Positions 51,930-64,000 of a stretch of 64,000 nt of DNA are shown here, in pieces. The stretch comes from Eledone cirrhosa (Eukaryota). The translations under genes and the position numbers were made by a program. Each line of letters begins with the position of its first letter. The first letter of the stretch is position 1. The notes below the pieces were generated by a model. It worked only from the letters and a program-made list of their open reading frames with translations, was not told the DNA's origin and ran no database searches. The DNA is taken from the NCBI GenBank assembly GCA_964016885.1, contig OZ024758.1, positions 8,246,001-8,310,000 on the forward strand, read 5' to 3'.

Positions 51930-52170
51930 ATAGGAACAAGTATGACCCCGACGGCAGAGCTCAAGCCATTTTGACAGCTAATTATGGACTAAATAAGAAT
52001 TTTTAGCCAAAAATTTGAGGCTAAAAATTCTTATTTAGTCCAGAATTAGCCGTCGAAACGGCTTGAGCTCTGCCGTCGGGGTCATACTTGTTCCTATTAC
52101 CCACTCTACTACTCTAAGTATTGAGTACTTTGGTGCGTTATGGTCCATCTGGTTCCTTACCACATTTTCT
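51930..52170. mobile_element. Fold-back element, 79-bp arms (51930-52008 / 52019-52097) plus tail, between (TA)n runs
   Basis: Arms are reverse complements with few mismatches; tail homologous to 12480-12530 and 20220-20260. Confidence 0.82.
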
Positions 52171-52241
52171 TCATTATATATATATATATTGTAGATAAAA
52201 CCGCTTGTGTTTATATCTTTATTTCTGTTAATCCTTTGTAG

Positions 52242-52385
52242 ATGTTTCATTATTCAAAAACCCGAGATCCAGTTCGTCTGCATTTAGTTGGTATTGTCTG
52301 TTACTATGGGAAACACTATTCCACCTTTGTCTTCCATTCAAGGGATCAGTCTTGGTATTATTTTGATGATGCCACAGTTAAAGAG
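52242..52385 (+). CDS. USP54: USP53/54-like coding exon 9 (His and Asp boxes)
   Basis: [48 protein letters not shown]; 144 nt. Confidence 0.97.
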
Positions 52386-52647
52386 GTGAGTAATTTCTTT
52401 TCATGTTTTGTTTATATTAATTAAAATCTTTTATTTCTATTTCAAAAGAATTTACCATTAATTAATGTATTGTATGATGATGATGATGATGGATTTTAAC
52501 ATAGGCACAAGACCAGTAATTGGGGCATTGAAAAATAAACCTCATTTGATCATTCCATGAGAGTATCTTGGTCAGCTTATGATCTTTTGAGTCAACCCTC
52601 ACATATTTATGTTTTCATTTTTTTTTTTTTTTTTCTAATTTTTACAG

Positions 52648-52795
52648 ATGGGCCCTAGCTGGGATTCTGTTGCTGAGAAATGTTGCCGAGGTCATTACCA
52701 GCCCCTCTTATTAATTTATGCCAACCCTAATGTTACTCCCATCAACGTTGCTGAAGCTCCACGGAAAACTGTCATGGCTCCTGGCTACACTAACC
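52648..52795 (+). CDS. USP54: USP53/54-like coding exon 10 (end of USP domain)
   Basis: MGPSWDSVAEKCCRGHYQPLLLIYANP...; 148 nt, phase 0-1. Confidence 0.96.
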
Positions 52796-53257
52796 GTAAG
52801 AATGTCTTCTATATGATCTCCATTTCTACTTATAATACAGGGTGTATCAAAAAGAATCATGAGACATACTCACTCAATTATGGGACAAATTTTACTATCC
52901 TGTAGATATATCCCATGTGTCATATTGAGCTTCTGTAAAAATTGTAAAGAAACCTTTATATTCCGACATGTAATCACCCAGAAACATTAGTGTCTGCAGT
53001 TCTGTTTACATGGCAACACAAGAGCAAGAATGATGGGGTCATTCTACTGACATGGCTTTAAATAGGCTGTTTGCATAATTGTAAATGAATTGAATATTAT
53101 TATTGATATTCGAAAAACTCAGATTACATTTATATATATATATATGTATATATATATGTGTATATATATGTGTATATATATGTATACTAGCTTAATACTT
53201 GTGTTAGCCAGCATATTCAGTATTAATAAGGAAACATTATATTTTCTATATTTTCAG

Positions 53258-54976
53258 CCACACCTGATTCATGTATACCTAGAAGTCAATCAGTGGACAT
53301 CCGCCGAGCAGTGACTCCTAACCCAGACATGCACAGCTACATTGATTCCACTATTCAACATAGAAGATCTATAACCCCAGGCCCAGAAACCTATTACAGG
53401 TACAAGGATTCTGACAGGGAGTCTATAACTTCAAGCAATGCTGAACATCAAAGGCAGGCTAGTTTTCTGACAGCAATTTCAGGATCTGAAGATACAGCAT
53501 CTAGCCATGCAAGCATTAAAAGCTTTCCTTTGGATTCAGTAAGCTTAAGCCGTTCCATGTCTCCATCTGTGAGTAATCCGTCCTCAAAGCCAAGCAGCAT
53601 TGCATCAGAATCTGTTGATCAGAACTTGTTAGGAGAGTACATATGTAATAATGGAAAACTTCAAGCTAAGTTTTGCAATCCAGCCAATATGAACAGTTGT
53701 ACTGGAGAAGTTTACAATGTTCAAAGAGGTAACTTCTCTGACCTTTCAACTCAAAGACATTCATCTGCATCAGTGAGGGATAATAAATCTTTTGAAAATG
53801 TCGGTCCTGAGAGTTTTAAAACTGAAGTAAGGACAACAAATGATTTCATTCAAGCTAATAGAAAGGCCATGGATAATCATATTCCTCTTTCAGTTGATTC
53901 TAAATATCGAGATGACACCATTACACCAAGGAACACTTATAAACCACAAATGACACAAAATAATGGTTATGATAATGTTAAACACAGCCACATAATTGTC
54001 AAACCAACAGCTCAAAGTACACAGCAAGATAATTATTATGAGAATATTAAACATGTTGGTCCTTTACATTCAGGTTTGGCAACATTACCAAGAAATAAAG
54101 ATACAACCAATGACAGGAAACAGTTAACAGCTCAACAAGAACATTCATCTTATTCTCGTCCACCAATCTCTCTAAAATGTCAGAAACCATTAGCAAGATC
54201 TGAAAATGGACAGCAGCAATATATTAACAGACATCGTTCTAATCATCCTAGTTTTAATCATTCTTTAAATCACATTCCCAAACCAGGAAATATGATCAGA
54301 AGTGTTTCAGCACACTCTTTGGCTTCTCCTAACTGTAAAACTATTTCCCAAGACCCTGAAGACAACTATAGCGAGGAAAAGTACATCGATCGCAAAACTG
54401 TCGAACATGTCATGAAGAAACTCTACACAAAACCATCGAAAGGTGCAATTAATGGCTTACGCCATTCCAGTAGAATCAAAGAAAACTTAAATGGTTTGGG
54501 AAATATTTCTTCATCAACTGAACTGAGTGAAGCCCTTACACTTGAAATTCCATATGATAGTGTATCGTTAGAATCTCAAAGGGATTCTGGTTATGGAAGC
54601 AGTGACAGGAATAGTTCAAGTTCATCAAGTAGTATTACAATGGACCCATACAGCCACTATTTGCCTCATAAAGTGGTCCAGCCTGTTTCTATACAGGAAA
54701 ATCTGAGCCGTGAAAAGAACAATATCTATTCTGGACTTGTTGGAAACAAAAATACATACTTGGGTCGGAAAGGTAGCATTGAGAGTATCTTGAACGGGCC
54801 TGTGTATTCAGACTCCACATTTTCGACAGATCTCTTCTGTGAGACTGCTTCAATAGACAACAAATCTTTGCCCGATAATGCTTTGACACTCTCTTCACAA
54901 AATATTAAATCTTCTTTAATGCAGCAAGGTAAAATGATACTACCTGATAAACCATTAAGTGGACATATTGTACGAG
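53258..54976 (+). CDS. USP54: USP53/54-like coding exon 11 (large Ser-rich disordered exon)
   Basis: 1719 nt open frame (563-aa ORF in track), ttttcag| and |gtaagt, phase 1-1; contains YIDRKTVE and RDSGYGSSDRNSSSS. Confidence 0.92.
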
Positions 54977-55198
54977 GTAAGTAAATGACATCTTTGCTTT
55001 ATTTTTTCAAGTATGTTCACTTCTTGAATCAATAGTTGATAGCACATGAAAAAAAAAACAGCGAAAATATCTTTTTCCCCTTTGAAATCGAGTGTGTGGA
55101 ATTCTATAATAATACCATTTATCTCTGTGTTGTTGATATATTTTATATTTAGTTGCAAAAATGTGTAAAAATCCCTTTTTTTCTCTGCTCGTTTCTAG

Positions 55199-55318
55199 AT
55201 GCTAGAACTAAAGCAATTATTTCGCCTCATCCAAATCCAAGTCCTGCCAATGGAAATGATCTGATAAATTTCAAATCTGGGATCCAGAATAATATGAATT
55301 CTATTCAAGGAAAGAAAG
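55199..55318 (+). CDS. USP54: USP53/54-like coding exon 12
   Basis: (D)ARTKAIISPHPNPSPANGNDLINFKSGIQNNMNSIQGKK; strong pyrimidine tract, AAG|GTATAA donor; 120 nt, phase 1-1. Confidence 0.72.
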
Positions 55319-55873
55319 GTATAATAATGTTTTTATTTGGTATTTCTACTGCTAAGATTCACAATCTTTCATAATAATTATCATCATCATCATTATGTCC
55401 ATTTTTCTATACTTGCATGGATTGGACATGTCCTTCTCAGCACTGCATCTCTCCACTTTCTGTGTTCTTTCATCATCTCCTCTGCCATGAAAACCTCCCA
55501 TTTCTGCACATAATTGAAATTGTATCAGAAAAACTGAGTTTTTTTCCTGAAAGATTAGAAATTATTTCAGACAAGAAAAATACTTATCTTTAAAAAGTGT
55601 AACCATGTTCCAGTCAGTTGTATCCTCTTCTATTAATAAAAGGACTACTGTTCCTCAGAATTATCTGGTTTCTATTCTATCTCTGTGGAAACCTGCCTTC
55701 ATATATTTGCCCCTCCACCTCTTAGTGTTTTGCAGAGAGGGAACAATCATCATCATCATCATCATCACATGTCCATTTCCCCTTCAAGGGTTAGACATGA
55801 GGAGGTAAAATATCTAATACTTGTTGTACAGTAAGTTTTAATATCTTCTATGTCTTTCATTGTTTTATTTTAG

Positions 55874-56002
55874 GCCCAACATCTGAAGATGAATACATTC
55901 AGTATTTCTGTGTACAAGCTGATAGCATGATGGAGCATTGCCTGGCAGCTGAAGCTAAAGGAGATCTTCGTAGTGCTATCTGTGATTGTGATAAAGCAAT
56001 TG
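55874..56002 (+). CDS. USP54: USP53/54-like coding exon 13 (MIT-like helical domain, part 1)
   Basis: PTSEDEYIQYFCVQADSMMEHCLAAEAKGDLRSAICDCDKAI; 129 nt; resembles USP54 GDL..A...C..AI. Confidence 0.9.
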
Positions 56003-56179
56003 GTAAGTTGCCATTTCCTCTGCATATTCTTTTACTCTTTTCAGCCATCCAGCTGAGGCCATGCTGGGGCACCGCTCTTGTTGCTACACATTCTATCTCC
56101 AGCCTGTGTTGGCTAGGCATTGGTGTAAGAGGGAGTTTATTGCTGCTGCCCTTAGGTTACTTTCGTACCATACTATAGG

Positions 56180-56330
56180 CTCATCCAGGATAGCAGAGTA
56201 TCAAGATGTTTCTTGAAAACATCCATGTCCACATCATGCAGATTTCTCAAATTTCTTGGCAGCTTGTTGAAGAGTTGAGGGCCTTTGAACCCCAGACTAT
56301 TGCAACATCTGCTCCTTATTCTAGATGTGA
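56180..56330 (-). mobile_element. CR1-group LINE C-terminal fragment
   Basis: NSLGFKGPQLFNKLPRNLRNLHDVDMDVFKKHLD. Confidence 0.7.
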
Positions 56331-56457
56331 AAACTTTATTTATTATTATTATTAATCCAAAATAGCAGGGCATGAAATAAATAGATTCTTCCTTCTGTAA
56401 GTTTAAATGAGGTTTTGATAAATATCATCATCATCATCACTATTGAACGTCTGTTAA

Positions 56458-56693
56458 TTTACCCCTTTAGTTACCAACTTGGTTAAAACCAGATCTGGTT
56501 CTATGAAATAAAATCACCCATTTTAAAGGTTTCCAATTTAAATTAAAATCTTCTAACATAATTTTATATAAGAACTTTATATTAAGTTATTATCTTAGTA
56601 ATAAAATAATTAATAATTTTAGTAAAATTCTTTGTTAATTAATTAATTAAAATAGAGTATATTTCATTAGAAATACGGTGATGAAAGGGTTAA
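56458..56693. mobile_element. Second piggyBac-like MITE family (also 44256-44467)
   Basis: TTA-CCCCTTTAGTTACC ... GGTGATGAAAGGG-TTAA. Confidence 0.6.
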
Positions 56694-57127
56694 CCCTAGC
56701 GAAGGTAAAGAAAGATATTAATGGTGAAATAAGAAACTTTAAAATAAATGTGATATTTTATGGACTTGAAGGAGTGTGAGAATTGGAGAGATGTCGTGCC
56801 GAGAAGAAGGACCCATCCAATCCATGCAAGCGTGGAAAAGCAGATGTAAAAATAAGGATGATGATTGTTATTAAAATATAACGAAGTATTTCTCAGTATC
56901 AAATATTGTAGTTAAATTGTGTTTTATTAATGAAATATGTAGCTTTGTTAATATAATACTTTTAGTGAATCATGGCAGCCTAACAAGGAAATGATCAATA
57001 ATTAATAATCAATAAAAGTTGATTGTATCAATTTCATTGATGTTTTATTATTTAGTTCTGTCATCCGGATTATAAATAGAAATGATGTTGTAAGAGATGT
57101 TTATATTGTATGGACACAGATAAGGCT

Positions 57128-57777
57128 CTCATCATTCGTCACCATCACTACCATCACTCTCATTACCACCACCACCACCACTCTCATTACCACCACCACC
57201 ACCATCACTCTCATTACCACCACCACCACCATCACTCTCATTACCACCACCACCACCATCACTCTCATTACCACCACCACCACCACCATCACTCTCATTA
57301 CCACCACCACCATCACTCTCATTACCACCACCACCACCATCACTCTCATTACCACCACCACCACCACCATCACTCTCATTACCACCACCACCACCATCAC
57401 TCTCATTACCACCACCACCACCATCACTCTCATTACCACCACCACCACCACCATCACTCTCATTACCACCACCACCATCACTCTCATTACCACCACCACC
57501 ACCATCACTCTCATTACCACCACCACCACCATCACTCTCATTACCACCACCACCATCACTCATCATCATCACCACCACCACCACCATCACCACCACCACC
57601 ATCACTCATCACCACCACCATCATCACTCATCATCACCACTATCATCACTCTCATGACTACCACCACCACTAACATCATCATCACCATCACCACTACCAC
57701 CACTACCACCACCATCATCATCACCACCACCACCACCACCACTACCACCACCATCATCATCACCACCACCATCATCG
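57128..57777. repeat. Compound repeat CATCACTCTCATTAC(CAC)n followed by (CAC/CAT)n
   Basis: Direct read; source of spurious His- and Gly-rich ORFs. Confidence 0.96.
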
Positions 57778-57984
57778 TTTTTATGCCGACTTTGCCATGC
57801 TAGCATGTGCTGGACAAGACATTTTGAGAGATATTTTACAGCCAGCTGCAGTGTGTGTATTCTAAACTAGACACTTCACAACAATATGGCTCAAAGTTTA
57901 ATCTATACATAAACAATATATACTAATAGCCTACAATTTTACAATAAGTTTAAACAATATATAAAGGAATATATTAAAACCAAT

Positions 57985-58292
57985 TACATACATTGTTGTG
58001 CGTGTGAGAGCTTTATTAACCCTTTCATCTGATAACTACCACCTTCCTTAATGTCGTCTACCTCATGCTCCCAGCCAACATGGCAGAGACATTGCCCTAG
58101 AGGATGGCGAGGGAGGACACACTTGAATAGCCACACCACCTCACGGGGTTCGCAGCTAAAAGCAGCCAACTCTTCTCCAATAGCAGAAAGCAAGGATGTG
58201 GTCCCGGGGAGCAAGAATGCCAGAAGTTTTCATTGTTACAGGCTACAGGCTCAACCACAAACCTATCGGAGAGCGACCGATACTTGGATGAA
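57985..58292 (-). mobile_element. Second CRE-clade 3' fragment
   Basis: SSKYRSLSDRFVVEPVA ... TTSLLSAIGEELAAFSCEPREVVWLF, homologous to 4991-5230; AATAAA on minus near 58012. Confidence 0.72.
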
Positions 58293-58367
58293 AATGATTT
58301 TTTAATGTGCATTTTACCCTCAGTTTATTGATGCTAAATTTCTTGTTAATTTTTTTTTATTTCACAG

Positions 58368-58560
58368 GTTGTTGCAAGCAAGTTTTGGAACTGGTAAACA
58401 TTCCTCATCAATCTGTAGTATTTATGCAAAACAAACTGCATTGCTGTGTGGTGAAGAGACGATCTCTATACAACAAGTATAGTAACAAACAGCAGCAGGC
58501 TGCTTCTTATCGTACTACTATGACATCGCTTGATGACAGCTTAAATGCTGAGAAAATTAG
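58368..58560 (+). CDS. USP54: USP53/54-like coding exon 14 (MIT-like domain, part 2)
   Basis: CCKQVLELVNIPHQSVVFMQNKLHCCVVKRRSLYNK...AEKI; 193 nt, phase 1-2. Confidence 0.9.
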
Positions 58561-59268
58561 GTAAGAATTTACATTGTTTTTTACTTTTACATCCTAACAA
58601 ATTTCCAAACTTTTTACTAAAATTCTTTGTCAGCAATATTTGAAATGAATTTTTAGGGAAATACGAGTTAGAAATAGAGTAATATAAGACAAACAAAATA
58701 AAACAACAGATTACACCTTTACCTTCATCATCATTTTTATGTGGACTTTTCCATGCTTTTTTGAAGCAATGTTTCACAGCCCTTCCTGACACCAACCCTT
58801 TTAGTCGCTTATTACTACATAAATGGATATGGTGTACCTGTTGTAAACCAGACACATACAACCAATATATTTCATATTTTAGAGTTAGGATCTCTCTTTC
58901 CAAAAGAAAAGAAATCATCATCTCATTCCTTTTGAAAAAGGAGTCATAACGCCGAAATATTAAGATATATAAGGTAAAAATGTAAACTGTTGTTTTGATT
59001 TGTCTTACTTTACTCTAGTTTCATTCTATCAACTTACATTGCATTGTCTTTCTCAACATAACCCTAACCAAATAAACAAACAGTTTATGTTAACAGATAT
59101 TTAGAATATTTTAGCATTTAAGATTTCTTAATTATTTGTCATTGAAAATCAAAATTAAATTTTCTAGGAAATATTGATTAGTTAGTGTAAAATAGTTAAA
59201 TGGATACATGTCAAAACTTGAATGTTTCTGGATCTTATTCTTCATTGTATCATATTACAAGAATGATA

Positions 59269-59471
59269 TACAAGGGTCGGCGGAAAGGTTCATAGGTTGA
59301 CCAAGATACTCTCATGGAATGACCCAATGAGGTTTATTTCTCAACATAGTCCCTGGAAAGAAACAATGCAAGTTATTAATAAAAAGAGTTGAAATTAATG
59401 CATGCAAGATTTCACAGCTCTAGCATGACTCCTTCATTGTCAGACTATGAACTTTTCAGCCCACCCTCCTA
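59269..59471. mobile_element. Mariner-type MITE
   Basis: TA-CAAGGGTCGGCGGAAAGGTTCATAGGTTGAC ... GTCAGACTATGAACTTTTCAGCCCACCCTCC-TA. Confidence 0.85.
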
Positions 59472-59750
59472 TTATTAAACTGATAATTATTATTCTGAAG
59501 CATCATGCAGCTTTAAACTCTCAATTTGTTCTGCATGACTTCATTTCTTAGATTTATACCAACTGAATGTAACAAACATCAACATATGCATGTAAATCTG
59601 TGAAAAGCATGAAATTTTTTTGCATTTAAATTTCTTGTCTTCGCTAATTATTATATTTTTTTATCTTGTTTCTTTATTCCTTAATCTGCATTTTTGTCTT
59701 GCCTGTTTGATTTATGAATTTCTCTTTTTTTTTTTATTTTATTGTACCAG

Positions 59751-60912
59751 GAATAGCATGGCTGGTTTTTTGTCATCAAATGGCAACTCCTCTTCCTCCT
59801 CTCCCAGTAACAAGAAAGATAACTCGAATGTGTCAAATATTAGTTCAGTTTCATGTCTTCATAATTATCAACAACAAAAACACATTGTTCCAGTTAGTAA
59901 TGACAAATACTCAGATAAATATTTTTCTGACTCTAACCAAAAGAGTGCTAAACTACATTCTAAAATCTCTTCAGTGATTAGCAGAGAAATGGGAAAAGAT
60001 GAATCTGAAAGTTTAGATAATTGGAACAAAGCAAGTGTTTATGGTACGTTACCAAAGAACAAACCCAGGCACGTTATGTCTAAAGTGGTAAACCAGGAAG
60101 CTGAGGTCTATCAGATGTTCTTAAATCGACAAAAGCAACTCAACAAAGAGAACAATTCTATGTCTTCTTATATGAACAATGGCTGCAGGTCCTTTTCTCC
60201 GAATCCTCAAATAAACAGTATCATGAGTAATTCTAGCAGTAACTTTCATAAAACACGACCTTCAAGTACAATTTCCCAACCTCACAGTCGTTCTGATTCT
60301 CTTGATTCCTCGGCTAATAGCATTATATCTTGTGATTCAGCAGTAACAACAGTTTCTACACTCCAGTCTGTGAGACAAAGTAATTCTCCTGCTATGAACA
60401 CTTCTTCTTACAAGCAAGATACTCAACATCTGACAGCGTGTGGCACAAGAACATACCAACATGGTTCTGGGACCATGTACGGAAATGCTGATGAAAACCA
60501 TTCTAAACTTGAACAGTGTGCACCGTTGCCACAATTTAACCATTCTATGGAATCTTTTAAATCGGTGACAAATCAAGAAAACGGTGACACTAATGGAACA
60601 CGGACGAATGGGGTTTCAAATACAAGTGGGTTTTCTTCTTGTTTAACAATTTCTCATTTTACAAAAAGCAGCTTAGCTACAGCTCGGTCCACACCTAGTG
60701 TGGTACTATCAAAGTGCCAGCCTGTTAGTCCTATCACTTCTTGCAAAGCTAATACTGCACAGACAAGTCCAAAGATCAGTGAAAGTAGCTTTGTACTTCC
60801 TTTCCAAAGTAGAGCAATGGAAGGTAGAAACAGTGATGGAATCGTGAGACATAACAGAACTCTGCCAGATGCTTGCTTCCAAACTGCATGCTTACATAAG
60901 TCAGGTATATAA
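59751..60912 (+). CDS. USP54: USP53/54-like coding exon 15 (Ser/Asn-rich; last visible exon)
   Basis: Acceptor attgtaccag|, phase 2 matches exon 14; open to TAA 60910-60912; alternatively spliced out at CAG|GTATAT 60904/60905. Confidence 0.85.
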
Positions 60913-60938
60913 CGCTTGTTACTAACCATAACCTTCTG

Positions 60939-60977
<39 letters not shown>

Positions 60978-60992
60978 TTCTCTCTCTCTCTT

Positions 60993-61030
<38 letters not shown>

Positions 61031-61204
61031 ATATATATTTATATATATAGCATTTTATATTTTTCCTTCTCCAATTAAAATTGTATAAGAGAAAATATAT
61101 TTTCATACACTTACTCTAACACTTGTGTAGACCACATATATGGTTGCTCGATCTGTTAGAAATAGCAGCCAAATATCCCTTAGAGTATATTAAGTAAATG
61201 TAGT

Positions 61205-61635
61205 CCTAGAGGGGCTCCCATATCTTGTCAATCCTTTGCCCTCACAATAATAATGTCTCCTGGGGGCTCCCATATTTTGTCAATCCTGTGCCTCACAATA
61301 ATAATGTCTCCTGGGGGCTCCCATATTTTGTCAATCTTGTGCCCTCACAATAATAATGTCTCCTGGGGGCTCCCATATCTTGTCATTCCTGTGCCCTCAC
61401 AATAATAATGTCTCCTTGAGGCTCCCATATCTTGTCAATCCTGTGCCCTCACAATAATAATGTCTCCTGGGGGCTCCCATATTTTGTCCAACACTCTAAA
61501 CAGTTCTATCAATCCACTACTCTCATATTTTGTCTTTCCACAGCCCTCTCAATAATTGTCTCATAGAGGCTCCCATATTTTGTTAATCAACTTCCCTCTC
61601 AATAATTGTCTGCTAGAGGCTCCCATATTTCCCAT
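61205..61635. repeat. ~53-54 bp tandem repeat, ~5 good copies plus degenerate ones
   Basis: CTGGGGGCTCCCATATTTTGTCAATCCTGTGCCCTCACAATAATAATGTCTC. Confidence 0.92.
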
Positions 61636-61939
61636 CATTCACCATAATCTCTCTACACTAACTCATATCTTATACAACAATTAGACAGCTTACCAGCTAC
61701 AATTTATCTAATATTTTTATTTTATACTAATTCATATTTTTCAATTAACAATTTTTATACTAATTCATTAACAAAGTCACTAAATTTGTTTTTTTTTTTC
61801 CTTTTTTTTATTTATTGGATTTTTAACATAAATTATGTATGATTAAAAATATCTATATTTTTTTTTTTACATATAAAACTCCTTTTTATAAGTATTCAAA
61901 TACATTGTTTCATTTAAATCAGGGACAACTTTGTTTCTC

Positions 61940-62400
61940 TATTATAATAATAATAATGAAATTGTGTAAAGTGCTCAGGTGCACTACAACTCGTCAAAGG
62001 TGTATGTATAGTACATAGAATAATACATGAATTTCAGGGAAGTGAATAGTGTATGAGTCATGATATACATGTGTATGGAGGGGGAACATTAGGTGTAGTG
62101 TTGGCGAATCTTGGGAAGCATGGAGGCCTTAAAGGATGCAGTGTCTCGACAGCTAACAACCGATGCAGGTAGTTTGTTCCATGGAGGCCTTAAAGGATGC
62201 AGTGTCTCGACAGCTAACAACCGATGCAGGTAGTTTGTTCCATGCTTCAGCAACACTGAGCGTGAAAAAATGTTTCCGAAAGTCATGGGAGCTGTGCTGT
62301 TTTCTGACTTTGTGGGCATGACCACGTGTGTTAGACATATGGAAATCAAAAAGGTACTCAGGGTTGTTGTTGGCAAGATGGTTAACAATTTTGTGGGTTA
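61940..62400 (-). mobile_element. CR1-type LINE 3' end with ~61-bp internal tandem duplication
   Basis: NTRGHAHKVRKQHSSHDFRKHFFTLSVAEAWNKLPASVV; same family restarts on + at ~63910-64000. Confidence 0.85.
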
Positions 62401-62994
62401 TATTTTTAAAATTTAATTTCCCATGTTCATGTGTGTCTGTTTGATATTATAACAAGGTAACTTAAGTGTAAGAACAAAGCCTGTGTAGTGGGACCATTCC
62501 TTATTGTGTATATATAGTACTACTTTTTCATAAAACCTCTAATCTGGGAGGCAACTTGCTGCAACATATTGTTAATTACAATTTATTATCCACTTTCAAG
62601 CCCCTCCAATTTCTTTTCTTTTAATTAATGAAGAAATTTTGAGGGGTTTACTAAATCTATTTCATTACTGCAAGTAAGGTACCTTATTCTACGGGTCTTT
62701 GGCCATCAAACCTCCCATCTGCAGGACATAAACAAATAGCACCCCTACCAAAGTGATGTTAATATAGAGGAGTAGCAGAGTTGCTAGAACATCAGATAAA
62801 ATACCATTGGAGTATTTGTTCTCTTTACCGGATTCTGAGTTCAAATCCCACCAACGCCAACTTTGTCTTTCATCCTTCTGTGATCAATAAAGTACCAGTG
62901 AAATACTGGGGTTGATTTAATGAACTTTGCCCTTCACCCAAATTTGTTAGCCCTGTGTCTAAATTAGAAATCAATATGAAAATGGGAACACACA

Positions 62995-63440
62995 TACACA
63001 CAAACATACACTCACACACAAACATACACTCACACACAAACATACACTCACACACAAACATACACTCACACACAAACATACACTCACACACAAACATACA
63101 CTCACACACAAACATACACTCACACACAAACATACACTCACACACAAACATACACTCACACACAAACATACACTCACACACAAACATACACTCACACACA
63201 AACATACACTCACACACAAACATACACTCACACACAAACATACACTCACACACAAACATACACTCACACACAAACATACACTCACACACAAACATACACT
63301 CACACACAAACATACACTCACACACAAACATACACTCACACACAAACATACACTCACACACAAACATACACTCACACACAAACATACACTCACACACAAA
63401 CATACACTCACACACAAACATACACTCACACACAAACATT
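62995..63440. repeat. 18-bp tandem repeat, ~24 copies
   Basis: CACACAAACATACACTCA. Confidence 0.97.
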
Positions 63441-64000
63441 CACTCACTCTCACACATATACATATACACGCACATTCAGACACTCATATGCTCACATACA
63501 TATCCATACACACACTCACTCTCACACATATGCACATACTCACTCAAACATACACACACTCTTGCAGATACACTGATGCAGCTACACACACATACACACA
63601 CACTCACACACATACACACACACACTCTCACAGATTTACTGATGCAGCTACCCACACCCACCCACACACAGACACACCCACTCACACACATGAGAGGCTT
63701 CTGTACAGGTTTTATCTACAGTTTCACTCACAAGACATAGAACTATTAAAATAAATATTCCAAAATAAATATTAAAAATTTCCGTGCTTGGAATTTCATA
63801 GAAATATTTATAATAATGGAACATTTTTTTGTGATATATTTTATTTTTTCCATTTCGAGATTAGCTTCCAATCTTGTTTTATTTCGTAGTAGTTATATAT
63901 AAACATACTGAGAAAGAAAATGGATACATTGAAGCTCCGATGCCTGGCAACTGACATGATAAACACCCAAAAAATTGTTAACCATCTTGCCAACGACAAC

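Noticed and set aside
53293-54984. 563-aa and 430-aa (59620-60912) ORFs as stand-alone genes
   Set aside because: Both have phase-compatible acceptors linking them to the USP exons, and their track starts are non-ATG or intronic.
57101-57806. His-rich, Gly-rich and Val-rich ORFs
   Set aside because: Translations of a compound trinucleotide repeat inside intron 13; no splice support.

Overview
AT-rich, microsatellite-dense animal genomic DNA. The SINE/MITE/LINE complement and the (TA)n/(CA)n/(GA)n load point to an octopod cephalopod (inference). One protein-coding gene is reconstructable by eye on the + strand: a USP53/USP54 (Drosophila echinus-like) deubiquitinase with 15 coding exons from 32281 to 60912. 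All introns are GT-AG, phases are consistent, and the product is about 1478 aa if the last exon ends at TAA 60912. It has an intact Cys/His/Asp triad, long Ser-rich exons and an MIT-like helical domain. The rest is intronic or upstream DNA filled with two tRNA-derived SINE families, mariner-, hAT-, piggyBac- and pogo-type MITEs, Helitron-like fragments, CR1, RTE and CRE LINE remnants, and many minisatellites. The most unusual signal is a set of short (TA)n-embedded elements carrying hammerhead-ribozyme (HHR) motifs. These include one fully canonical type I HHR (12687-12752, minus), a decayed relative whose stem III is itself a (TA)n run, a minimal HHR in both arms of a near-perfect 165-bp palindrome, and several fold-back palindromes that turn around at or near an HHR 3' half. 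They are probably non-autonomous Penelope-like/retrozyme-like remnants. All coordinates were read by hand; repeat boundaries are approximate.
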